A DNA stretch of 64,000 nucleotides, from positions 82,026,001 to 82,090,000 of the forward strand of contig OX597817.1 of NCBI GenBank assembly GCA_951406725.2, given 5' to 3'. The stretch's first letter is position 1. Each line of letters starts with the position of its first letter. The stretch is from Octopus vulgaris (lineage: Eukaryota). Shown here one piece after another: positions 1 to 14,240 of this stretch. Made by a program: the position numbers and the translations under genes. Under the pieces are notes generated by a model that worked only from the letters and a program-made list of their open reading frames with translations, did no database searches and was not told where the DNA came from.

Positions 1-470
1 GCCTACCCTGCATTGAGCAATAATAATAAGTTATATGTGTCTACAAATCTCTTTGGACTGGCGCTTATGCCATGAGATGTTTTGAACCCTGATAGTAAGA
101 AGGTGTATATACCACCAAGGCAGTTTCTTCTGCATAGTTCAGTTTTCTGCTCCATAAACAAGAATGTTCTTACAGATTCACTGAAGAAAACAAGCCTTGT
201 TGATTTTGAAATTCTCGATTGTCAGACGCTTTAAAACTTGTTACAGGCAGCCCTAGCATATCTGTTGTGTGAAAGGAAGTCTTTCATACTGACAACGTTA
301 TAGGATTCAGAGTGTTTGAACTCATTGATGTCCTTCAATTGTCTGTCAATGATGAAGCGATTTGGCTGGCAGCTTTCATCTTCAATGATAGTCATACATT
401 CAGTCTTCTTTGTATTGAGAAACAGACCAAATTCGGCTGCAGAACCCTGCCAAACCTTGAAATATAGTTT
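1..470 (-). mobile_element. RTE-like LINE reverse transcriptase fragment
   Basis: Minus-strand GLFLNTKKTECM...NEFK...LVYGAEN*T...VQNISW with stops and frameshifts. Confidence 0.65.
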
Positions 471-919
471 GAGTAATTTCCCTATACTTCTGCTACTAGT
501 ATTCTCGTACGAATGTCACATAATCTAATTGCATCCCATATTAAAGTAAGGTATTCATATTAATTAAGAAACAATTGTTATTAAGAAGCCAAAATACGAA
601 TTGTGTTTTTTATTGGAAATGTCTTGCGTTCCTGTACAATGCAGTACTGAAATTTAACCTAAAGTTGGAATCTTGACAATGTACAAATCCTTCTTCCTCC
701 TCGCCACTCCTCCTCCCCTCCTTCTCCTCCTCCTCATCGCATTCATCATCATCATAGCAGCGAGCTGGAAGAAATACTTAGTGGTTTTCCTTGTGGTTCT
801 ATACGTTCTGATTTCTATTTCCGTAAAGGCAAACTTTGAAATAAGTACCAGTCAAGTCCTGAAGTCAATATAATCGACTAGCCGCTACCCTGCCCCAAAT
901 TCCAAGCCTTGTGCCAATT

Positions 920-2095
<1,176 letters not shown>

Positions 2096-2164
2096 CCGGT
2101 TGCATTGCCTTCATTAGCCCCCACCATGCCCCAAATTCCAGGCTTTGTGCCTATTATTACCTTT

Positions 2165-2202
<38 letters not shown>

Positions 2203-2427
2203 TATTATAAAGCATTTAATATATGAGTACAGTGTTGTTAGTTGTGCATAGATCAGTGAAATGGTAGGAATGGAGTTTGTTATTTAACGTTAAAAAAAGT
2301 TTCCACTGTGTACTAGAATAGTCTAGTAGTCAATATCATTTTAAGTTAATAAAAAGTCTAACAAGCTCGAGAGAAGAAAGAAAAGGAAATAATTGGAAGG
2401 ATAACAATTCTTATGTATATAATTTAC

Positions 2428-2542
2428 CTTTCTTTGCAAATATATATTCCTCTCTTTCCATCGGAACACTCACAGAAATATTTGCATCCATCTCTCCATT
2501 TCTCACCCTCTTTGTAATGCTTTCTATCGAAGATGCAACCAT
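2428..2542 (-). CDS. Exon: VWC-like repeat 5, first half (gene continues beyond the window)
   Basis: atacag / gtaaat, phase 1-2. DGCIFDRKHYKEGEKWRDGCKYFCECSDGKRGIYICKER. Confidence 0.9.
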
Positions 2543-2722
2543 CTGTATAAAGATATTAATATGAAAATATATATATATATATGTATATATGTTTACACAC
2601 ATACACACGCACACACACATATATACATACACACACATGTATTTATGTACAGGCACATATATTCATGTACGTAATACACATAGAAATACATTTACGTATA
2701 CGCACATACATAGGTACCTACA

Positions 2723-2777
<55 letters not shown>

Positions 2778-2884
2778 CACATATAATATCTATACATATA
2801 CACTGATATACATAGATGTACAAACATATATGTATGTATTTATATGTGTATGTATGTGTATGTATATTTGTATATATATATATT

Positions 2885-2951
<67 letters not shown>

Positions 2952-3390
2952 GTATGTATACATATATGCAACCATCTGAATAATGATATTAATAAACATA
3001 TATATCAATACTATTTTATTATTCATTCTGATCAATAGTATATTTAGTCAGTAATAATTATGGTTTGTGTTCAACCAACCGATTTGCTATCATCTACTAA
3101 TGCAACTTCGTTAATATCTGCACTAAAAATAGCGACAGAAAAGCCGATTCTTTACCCAAAAGGCTTTCTTTTATATTTTAAATAATTTTTTAGAATTGAT
3201 AATAAAGTATTTAGATCAATATATGAATGATAAACGTATCCTTCTAGTATCTCAGGGAAAAAAAGTTGTTCGATCTTTATAATTCGTATCTATGTTCAAA
3301 GATTAACAAAAATAGCATTATACCGTTTGGAGTATAATACACATGCTGATTCCACTACGAATATATGTACGTAAATAGATAGATAGATAA

Positions 3391-3458
<68 letters not shown>

Positions 3459-4080
3459 CCATCCATACTTATGTACATATCCGTACATACTTGCATATAT
3501 AGATATACATAATAATAATAATCAGTTAAAAAACGCCATAGTTGCACAAACATACGGAAAACAAACACAGGTCACCAAATCCTCATCAGTTATTGGCCAG
3601 AAGGTCAAATGCAATTTCGTGACTGCTCTGTACTTGAACCCGAGCTCTGGTGGTCATCTTTCTCTGTTCTCTTTCCTTCCTCCCTCTCATTTTCCCTCCT
3701 CCGATTTTATCTTTCTCGTTTTCCCTATGCCTCCTAACTTCCTTTTGTATCTTCCTTCCTTTTCGTTTTTGGATTAAAAGTACTATGTCCGAAACGTCAA
3801 ACCCTTTTCGTTTTTTATTTTCAAATCTGATATTAATGACACCTTTGTGAAAACTTGCCCTTCTTGAGTTTTGTTTTGTTTTTATTTATTCATCATATAA
3901 TAATAATAATAATATATTAGCTTATGTGGCCGAATAAAAGAGGAATGCTCAAAACGTTGCAGAGGATATGAATTTTTAAAACTGAAACCGAGAGTTTCAC
4001 ATCTGAAGATGGCAATGACGTAAAACTCGAGTCACGGAGCTAACTCACAGTTTTAGCTTCAATAAAATGACTACAGGCTT

Positions 4081-4320
<240 letters not shown>

Positions 4321-5718
4321 TCACACAATTTAATTATGCAGCTGTTTAGCAATGTATCACCAAAAAGGAAAACCACAATTGTCATTAAATATGACAAAGA
4401 GTGTCAGAACAACTACAATGCTAGAAATAAGAGTTAAAGTGCTCAGATGCTGGAGTCAACGTATATAATTGTATACATAAATACTGATAGAGACCGTAAA
4501 CGGCCGAAAGCAGTTTGGAAAAGGGAAGTTTATACATTGAAAATATATACAGGGAAGTACTGAAAATCAAATGTTATAATTTTGTAAGAAAATAACTACT
4601 ATTAGTTTTGGACGGTTAATATGCAGAGATAAATATTCAACTGAATTTAATACTATATGTAGATTGTTGCAATCAGATTTGAATTCAGTCTTCACGAGTA
4701 AGATTATATCTCTTTCATGTCACAAGGTTTCATGTATGTGAGATCGTATATATCCAATCCTATCGTTAGCAGAAATATATCCATTAAATTTTAAATAGCA
4801 GAAAACACGCCAATCCAGAGTAACTCGTTAATCGCGTTCGTGTTGTTGATTCTTCTCGATATAAACCTTTATATTATTTTATCCTCTACCGCTCTCCTGT
4901 AATCAATAAGTCAACTGCAATTACAATACTGTCCTTTCTTATCACCATTTACTATCGCCACTACTTTTGTCGTTTGCTTTTGTTAGCGTCTTCAACAATT
5001 GAATTAACACTTATATGTTAGACTGTTTAGGTATTGCACGATATTATCCTTGAATTCATTTAAAGGTGTGAAATATCACATGCTACTATTCTTAGGTTAA
5101 CATCAATTATATGTAAACTTTATAAAAGAGTTGTTTTTCTTGTCAAAAAGAATAAAAGTAATATGACTATATTTGATATGTCTATCGTTAGTTATTACTT
5201 CCGCCAAGGAAGGAAGTTATGTTTTCATCGGCGTTGGTTTGTCCGTCTGTCTGTCTGTCTGTGTGCAAAATAACTCAAAAATTTGTGAACGGTATTTGAT
5301 GAAACTAGCAGGAAAAATTGGTAATAGCACAAGGAACAGATGAAATTTTGGTAGTGATCCAGGAATTTTTATCTTATATATATATATGTGTGTGCGTGTG
5401 TGTGTGAGTGTGTGTGTGTGTGTGAGTGTGTGTGTGTGTGTGTGAGTGTGTGTGTGTGTGTATCTGTGTCTGTGCTTGTTCATCTATCGCTTGAGAACCA
5501 TTATTGGTGTGTTTACGTCTCCGGATTGGCATAAGTGTACGATAGAATAAGTACCAGGCTTAAAAATAGGTGCTGGTTTCGATTCATTCGACTAAAAATT
5601 CTTCAAGGCGGTGCCCAGCATGGCCGCAGTCTGATGACTGAAACAAGTAAAAGATAATAGATATGCATATATATATATATATAAATGAGAAGAAAAAAAA
5701 CGTTTCTTTTTCGCTAAC

Positions 5719-5876
5719 CTTTTGCTGGAGTAGTGACTTTACCACCTCCAATATGTTTCTTGCCATACTTTGGAATAAGGATATGAGTGGTATTGCAGAC
5801 TGGCATTTGACAACAGGTGTCTCCGGGAACATCTACCATTTGGCAATCTGATGGTAAGTTTACGAAGGTCGGGCAT
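5719..5876 (-). CDS. Exon: VWC-like repeat 4, second half
   Basis: acgcag / gttagc, phase 2-1. [31 protein letters not shown]... Confidence 0.88.
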
Positions 5877-5936
5877 CTGCGTTCAATATAGACATACTTA
5901 TATATATACGGATAAAAACATACATACATACATACA

Positions 5937-6035
<99 letters not shown>

Positions 6036-6927
6036 AGAAGAATATGAGGGGTTTCTAACCGACAAGGTACGTTGAGTAAGTGCTATAATTGGTCATGCGT
6101 TATATTCCAAGTTCACAGCTGAGGCTGGAGCTAGGGATCCGCGTTAGGCTTCTGAATTAGCAGGTATATATTATATTAGAGGAAAAAGGACAATAAAAAC
6201 CAAGACAGGATGAGTATCTCAAATCATTTAGGATATCTAATTAGGGTAAGGTGAATTTGAAGTCTCACAACTGTTTCTGGGATATCCCAAGTGATAGGCT
6301 AGCATATATATATTTCGCTTAGGCGTAGCGAGACTAATAACCTCGTGTACCACTCAATATACATATAGTCTAGAACACAATGTTAGATGAGTTTAGAGTG
6401 GTTATAGGAAAAAGGAGATGGCACAGGAAAAGATAACCCCAGCTGTTTCTGCTATAGGATGTGTTGGAATCTTAGTTTTTTGGGACAGATCATTCTACAG
6501 GCACCAACATTAACTTTCTCTAATGCTTTTTGAGTGGATTTGGTAGATGGAAACTGAAAGAAGCCCGTCATGTGTGTGTGTATGTGTGTTTTTGTGTTTG
6601 TCTTTGTCCTCATGACAAACACGCTGCTTGACAACCGGTTTTCGCGTGTTTATGCCTCCGTAACTTAGCGGTTCGGCAAAAAAAATCGATAGAATAAGAA
6701 CCAGGATAGAAAACATAATTCCTGGGCTCGATTTGTTCAATTAAACAATCTCGTCAAGGCAGTGCTCCAGCATGACCGCAGTCAAATGACTGAAACAAGT
6801 AAAAGAGAAAAGCAAAAGATATCTAAATCACTTTTGTTTTTAGAACGATTAACTGTTTGACTTGAACACAAGGAAATGATAAGTGTATTTGAGCTCATGA
6901 TCCTTGAGTAACACCACTATTTATTAC

Positions 6928-7042
6928 CTTTCGGTGCATTCGTATATTCCTTGAGTGGCGTCAGTACATTTGCATGAGTAATCACATCCATCAATCCACA
7001 CTTGGTCTTTGGGATAATAACGTCCTTTGTACATGCAACCCT
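6928..7042 (-). CDS. Exon: VWC-like repeat 4, first half
   Basis: ttttcag / gtaata, phase 1-2. QGCMYKGRYYPKDQVWIDGCDYSCKCTDATQGIYECTER. Confidence 0.9.
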
Positions 7043-8255
7043 CTGAAAATAGAAAAGAAAATATAACAGAAACGGCTGTAAGGTCTGCGCCACTCTATAG
7101 TTTATTGTTTTAAAAAGAGAATGAAATGAACACAACTGGTGTATACAAAACACTATATATTAAAGCTGGAAGTTAATCTCATTATAAGGGAATCCTCTTT
7201 TCGATTAGTGTGTTCTTTACAATGTTACAAGATAGCAGCTCTGTGTCAGGCTAATGCCTCTGGGAGAGGTTATGCACCAGGAAGAGCCTATAGACTTGCA
7301 AGAGGTTGAAGACTGGGAGAGAGGGAAATAAAGAGTGAGAGTGAGAGGGAGAGAGTGTGAAAGAAAGGAGGAGCCACGTGACGTAACGAGAGACCGGTCA
7401 ACATATCCGCGACGTGGTTAATATACCAATCATTAATAAAGTACAGATAAAGATAAATTTATCTCAGCCAGTCAAATTGACCAACAAGGGCCGGTTTCCC
7501 GGTTTCATGGCGTATATATTCCTCATCTGGACGGGACGCCAGTCCATCGCTGGATTACTCATTTTTGCCAGCTAAGTGGACTAGAGAAATGAGAAATGAA
7601 GTGTTCTGCTTAAAAACACAACGCGTGAACCGGTCCAGGAATCGAAATCACAATCTTACGCATCATAAGTCCAACATCCTAACCAATAAGCCATGCGCCT
7701 CCAAATTGATAAAATGCTTTACTGCTGTATTCAATCCGGGTCATTTTGTAATGGAAAATACATCACTGTTTCGATAAACGACAGTAAAATTAGACAGAGA
7801 AACACGTTGAGAACCATTAGAATCCAGATAGATTCAGATTGCAGTTTCCATTGAGTTCCGAATAGCAGTGATGTGTCTAGATATTACATTTAGATGCTAA
7901 ACTTATCAATTTATAAAACAAACAAGCAAAAACAAAAAAAAACTTAAAAAAATCTTAATGAATTAGTGTAACAACAGATGTGGAGTAGTAATGTTATTAA
8001 TATAAAGTGATCCTAAACTATAAAAAGAAAATACATTATCTTTAATTGAAATAGGTGAGTGTTATGGTAGTAATTTCTCAACCAAACAAGTCTGTCTGAT
8101 TTTTCAATTTATGTCACTTATTCTACTAATGCTCTTGGAGATACCATAAACTCCATAACTACCGTTAATCTCAGTATAGGAAGACAATTCGTTAATGCAT
8201 ATTTCTTATTTACGATAGATGAATAAACAAACTTCATCTATCATTTTAAATGATA

Positions 8256-8643
8256 CTAGCAGCATCGCCCGGCGTTGCTCGAGTTTGTTTCGACCCTTTA
8301 GAACTGGAATCTTTGAAAAGTAAAAATTTTGCATTATGTAGCTTATTATTCTCTTTAAGTGAACATTTTTCTGGTTGAAATATACCAAAAAATGGCGACA
8401 CAGCAGTCAAAAAATCGTAAAAAATAGGGATTTTCATAGAAAAAATGCACCTTTTTGATGTAAATAATTTTTGGTTTTAACATGGTCCGATTTGAATTTT
8501 TTCTTCTACGGAAGGAAGACCAAGCCTTCTTCTATCATACTCTCAATTTTGGTCAACTTGCGCCGCAGGGTCTTGGAGGAGATAGTTAGTTGAAGGCTAC
8601 GAAACCTGCCATACACTGACAATTTCAGCTTTATATATAGAGA
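8256..8643 (-). mobile_element. Non-autonomous Helitron
   Basis: Minus strand starts TC(TCTATATATAAAG) and ends with GC-rich subterminal CGAGCAACGCCGGG then CTAG; inserted between A and T. Confidence 0.75.
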
Positions 8644-9252
8644 TTAAATGGAAGTTACCAGACGGATCAAATCTTATTATTTGTGTGGTCTTCTGACTGA
8701 CAACTTCAGCTTTATATATAGAGAGATTAAATGGAAGTTACCAGACGGATCAAATCTTATTATTTGTGTGGTCTTCTGAGTTCAAATTTCACCGAGGTCA
8801 ACCTTGCGTTTCATCCTTTCGATGAAATAAAATATCTACCGGTTGAGCACTAGCCTCGATGTAATGGACTTGCTCCCACTCCAAATTATAGTCGTTATGT
8901 CAATATTTGAAAGGGTATAGCGTAATTGCTGTGAGCGAGAAGTATCGTTATCGCCCCGGACAAAATGCGTAGCGGTATTTCTTCCGGTTTTACGTACACA
9001 GTTCAAATGCCGCTGAGGTCAATGTAGGCACCAATCAAAGACTAGGGTTGATGTAATAAATAGACTAACCACCTTCCCTTAAATTTCAGGCCTTGAGCCA
9101 ATAATAGAAAGGATTATTTGTCTGGCATCTTAAACCATCTTCACAGATGTACGCCATTGAACAAGTTTTGTCTCGGTTTTACACTTTTTATATAATCAAA
9201 TACTTTTAAATTTTCTGAGAAATGAACAGTAAATAGATCTTAAAATACATAC

Positions 9253-9392
9253 GGATTGAGTGACCGGTTGACTTGTTAGACGAACCACCAGAATCAATAA
9301 TTGTCCCTTGATCGCATTGTATTTTAGGACAACATTCCCCTGCTAAATTCACTTTTTGACAGTTAGGAGGCAAATTGGCAAATTGGGCACAC
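9253..9392 (-). CDS. Exon: VWC-like repeat 3, second half
   Basis: ttacag / gtatgt, phase 2-1. CAQFANLPPNCQKVNLAGECCPKIQCDQG... Confidence 0.9.
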
Positions 9393-9668
9393 CTGTAATA
9401 AAAGGTAAAAACGGATAATATATAATCTAGAAAGGTTTCTTCTCTCGAAATAAGTGAAAAAAAATCTCCACCAATCACATTTTTTACTTTTTTTTAGCAA
9501 TCATACATTTAAATACACGAAGAATTGTCAAAGATGTAAATATAGTTGAGTGGTTCACGCGGTTGCGTGTTTAGTCTCATTGGACATAATCTCAGGCAAG
9601 TGTCTTCTAATATAGACCCTGCTCAACCAATGCGTTTTGAGTGGAAGCCCGTCGTGTATATGTATGTA

Positions 9669-9713
<45 letters not shown>

Positions 9714-10099
9714 TGTCATCCTCCCATCTCTTGATAACAGCTGTTGATTTATTTATATCCAGGTAACATTACCGGTTCAGCAAAAAGACCGGTAGAATAA
9801 GTTCAAGACTTGAATATAATAAATTCTGGGATCGATTTGTCTGACGAAAACTCTTAAAAGCGGTATCCCAGCATGGTCACAGTACAATGACTGGAACAAG
9901 TAATAGATGAAAGATAAATAACTAAAGATATTATACCAGTAACATATTGAGAAGAAACTGTATAAATAAACTATAAGGTTATTATGGATATAATACGAAA
10001 AGTCGTTTACATTGTCGCGTGCCGTGCTGGGCAGGTTCATTGTTCGTGAAATTATCAAGAGTGTTTTGAAATGTTTAGAAACTTCACTTACATTGTAGC

Positions 10100-10555
10100 A
10101 AAATACTGGCTAGCCGATATTTTGTTACCCTTTTTGAATAACTGGTGTTTATTTTATTTGAGATGCCAATAATTCAAATCAAAGAATGAATATTTAATAT
10201 CGAAGACTTAAATTCCGGGTGGTCCCTTGCTCGCGAGATCAGTTGGTTGACGAAGAAGCAATTTTGTATGATATGACCGAAACAAGTTTCAGTTGCAGAA
10301 TATTTATGTGAAGGAGCAAGGATTCTAACGACCCTGCATTCCATGAGTTTCTGGGACGCCATATAAAAGGAAAAAGCCTTGAACAGGATGACAACCAGGA
10401 AACTTAAAGGAAGAAGAAATCGGGGAAGACAGAGAATGAAGATTGCCGATAGCCTTACAAGATGGTTTCAAAAGATCCGACCCAATATCGTGTGAGGAGA
10501 CAGGAGGACATCGATGTCTATGATCAATAATGCCTGTAGATATGGCACTTGAAGG
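10100..10555 (+). mobile_element. LINE (RTE-like) 3' fragment
   Basis: KLKGRRNRGRQRMK matches the typical LINE C-terminal GRRxRGRQR motif. Confidence 0.45.
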
Positions 10556-10629
10556 AATAGAGATATATCACTAATTATTGTTGTTATCTGCAGCGTATAT
10601 AATATATATGGAAAAGAAAATAATCTTAC

Positions 10630-10744
10630 TTGTCATAACATCTGGCAATTCCTCTCAAGCCATCTTCACAGACGCACGTCATTGAGCAAGATTCCTGCCA
10701 CGTTTCTCCGGGTTTATATACTTTTGAACCAACCAGGCAAGCTC
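10630..10744 (-). CDS. Exon: VWC-like repeat 3, first half
   Basis: ttgcag / gtaaga, phase 1-2. GACLVGSKVYKPGETWQESCSMTCVCEDGLRGIARCYDK. Confidence 0.9.
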
Positions 10745-11717
10745 CTGCAAATTTTATTAGGAAATAAAACAGTTAGAAGAGAGTGGCATAATATGAAATC
10801 AATTTGTAGACTCTATCTATAACGGAATAGCATATGGACAAGCTGGTTTTGTGAATAGACTATGGACGAGCTGGTTTTATGAAGATTCATCTTTACTTGA
10901 ACTTTTAAAAGTCTAGTTCTACAGGCGTCTTTTGAACACAAACATTCAAGCGCGAAAGGAAATGTTACTCCCTTTTAGCATTATTTATACAACTGCATAA
11001 TTAAAATACATAGTTAATTAATTTATTTAAAAGTGATATGATCCATTTTTTTCTATCTCCGACAATATGAATAGCATACCACTTTCAAATGAGCTATTAA
11101 TGTGTTTTAATTACGTAATTATATAAATAATGAAGCCATTGAAACAGCTGTTGAGTACAATTAAATTATCATATTTGAAATTTATGCTTTTCAGCCCTTT
11201 ATTTTAAATATGTTGCTCACAACGAACTTTATCTGCCAATTCTGTATATACATATACATTTGCGCCACCAGATTCTATAGCATTTTAATAAAGTAATAGA
11301 ATTTAACGTGTAATTAATTGCGCTCTTAATTATTGTGAATATAATTTTTGATGTTTATACATCAATACTACATAAAATCAGAAAGTAAGTTATGTATTTT
11401 GACTGATAACACATTTTAGTACTTGCTATAGCGTTTGATCCTAAGCATTTACTTTCATGCAGAAGATCAGCTCTAACTGTTTAATAAATACATGACCACC
11501 GGTTTAATTCAAACTTAATTTCTTTAGCTTTCATTTCTTTAGATGTTGGTAAACATGTATTTTATCATTTTTAGAAATATTTCGCTGTCATATGTTATTC
11601 TAATCTGCTTCTTTAACATATTCAAATCCAGACCATTCTTTTAAAAACCAAAGCCAAAAAGAAAAAAGAAAAAAAATAAGGAAGAAAATTCAATTCCAAA
11701 GAAAGCAGGATACTCAC

Positions 11718-11741
11718 CATTCTGTGGAACTGAAGGAGTTG
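11718..11741 (-). CDS. Microexon (24 nt), linker PTPSVPQN
   Basis: tttcag / gtgagt; phase 1-1. Confidence 0.75.
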
Positions 11742-12424
11742 CTGAAATAATTGAGATATGTCAGAATTAGATTTGTATGAAATATTTGATTCCAAACAAG
11801 AATTAATCTCTTGTATTTTTATTTGTTAACAGAAAAGATTAGATAAGGATGAAATTATATTAAAATCATAGAAATCTAACAGACGCTAAAAGAACATATA
11901 CGAAAAGAATATAAATTACTAAACCAAACAACAAGCTTACGACGTAGAAAAAATAGAAACTAGGATTTAAATGAAATTAAATAAAGTATTCTAACTTCAA
12001 TTTCCAAAAGTTTAATTATGTATGTGTATGTTTTTATAGATATGCGTATCAATATATATATAAATATACATACATACACACACAACGTACATACACATAC
12101 ACACACACATATATATATAAAAACTATATAGATATATATGTATATATACATACATATACACATATGTAAAATTATACAGATATATAACTATATATATATG
12201 TATATATAACTATATATATATATATATAGTTATATACATACATATATATATATATATATATAATGAGTATGTGTGAGAATGTTTGTCGAAGCGAGTGTGT
12301 GTGTGTATATATTTAAATACAAATGCCTATATATGTGTACATATTTATATAAACATAATACATATATGTATATCTCTGTCAGTCAATGTATGTATGTATG
12401 TATGTATGTATGTATGTATGTATG

Positions 12425-12485
<61 letters not shown>

Positions 12486-12878
12486 CATATACGTATATAA
12501 TGAACATGTAGATTTAGTGTTAGAAACCACTTTTACCGTAAAATCAAATATATTATTTTATGCGCAATAACAAGTCAAAATATAACGCTAGCGTTTATCA
12601 CTTTGCTATATATATATATCATGTTAATAGATCTAATTTTAAAATTCAAAGAAAAAAAACGAGCCGATCTGTTTATACAATCTTTTGTCCTTTACTTGTC
12701 TCAGTATGGGACTGCGACCAAGACAGGGCGTAAACTTGAGGTGTTTAGTCGAGGAAATCAACCCCAAAACTTATGTTTAAGTCTGGTAGTTATTCTCTCG
12801 CTTTCTTATGCCGAAGCCGCCAAGCTATAGGGATGCAAATAGTGGGGATGGAAGCAAAAAACACAAACACACATTTTC

Positions 12879-12913
<35 letters not shown>

Positions 12914-12917
<4 letters not shown>

Positions 12918-13802
12918 GTCATCCTATATATAATGCGGCCTTTATTTATACTTATTATATTTTTCAAAATTATGATAAACAAAATTATTTTTAATCTAAA
13001 ATATAATCTCCTTTCTTTTCTACAATGCTCTTCCATCTATCTGATAGACCTGCCAAGCCCGTTTTCCAAAATTCACTTGTCCATGACGAAAAATACTCCT
13101 CCATTACTGTTCTGACCTCGTCTACAGAATGCATATTTTTTCGTATAAATGATTTTGAAGACTGCGGAATAAATGATAATCAGACGGAGCAATGCTGGGT
13201 GAATATGATGGGTGGTGTATAGTTTCCCATTTAAACTGCTCCAGCCTTTGGAATCTTTGCTGTGTGGCCGAGCATTATCCTGACGGAAGAACTCCTTCTG
13301 TCTTAAAACCAGAAGTCTTAAAGACAGACTTCAATGACTGGTTGAATGACCAAATCCAAGCTTCTCTGCTAGTTCCTCAACAGTTACGAAGGGATTTTGT
13401 TCCACCAGGGTTTGCAGGACGGGCTCATCGAGCTCTACAGATCTTCCAGGTCGGGGTTCGTCTTCTAGGCTGTACTCTCTGGCTCGGAATTTCTGGAACC
13501 ACTGGCACTGGCTTACGCTTACTATTCGATCCCCATAAACTGCATTAATATTCCTCGCACTTTCCGTTGCGTTATTGCTTTCATTGAAATCATAAAGCAA
13601 AATATGCCGAATATACTTCTTTGTCACATTCGTTAGAGCTTTGTTTGAAAAAATAGCTGTTAAAATCGTACTGCTCTCCTCAAAATTTGCACCAAGAATA
13701 ACTACAAGGTAAAATTACTACCTGCTTTTACAACAAGTTGATACAGACAGTTTATCCCGTCCCCCTCGTGCAATTGGAAAAACGCATTATTTATGGGATG
13801 AC

Positions 13803-13806
<4 letters not shown>
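12914..13806 (-). mobile_element. Internally deleted mariner transposon
   Basis: TIRs TTGGGTCATCC.AT..ATAATGCG at both ends, TA flanks. HTH IRHILLYDF...WFQKFR..SLEDEPRPGR and PYSPSIAPSDYHLFRSL motif. Confidence 0.92.
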
Positions 13807-13880
<74 letters not shown>

Positions 13881-13883
<3 letters not shown>

Positions 13884-14154
13884 GATCCCCATAAACTGCA
13901 TTAATATTCCTCGCACTTTCCGTTGCGTTATTGCTTTCATTGAAATCATAAAGCAAAATATGCCGAATATACTTGTCACATTCGTTAGAGCTTGTTTGAT
14001 AAAATAGCTGTTAAAATCGTATGCTCTCCTCAAAATTTGCACCAAGAATAACTACAAGGTAAAATTACTACCTGCTTTTACAACAAGTTGATACAGACAG
14101 TTTATCCCGTCCCCTCGTGCAATTGGAAAACGCATTATTTATGGGATGACACAA
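13881..14154 (-). repeat. Tandem duplicate of the mariner end (copy of about 13525-13806)
   Basis: Near-identical, separated by (TA)n; differences are mostly short deletions. Confidence 0.85.
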
Positions 14155-14160
14155 TATATA

Positions 14161-14240
<80 letters not shown>

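Noticed and set aside
4049-4077. Possible microexon ending in a gtgagt donor
   Set aside because: Candidate lengths of 22 or 29 nt break the frame, and there is no pyrimidine tract, only (GT)n.
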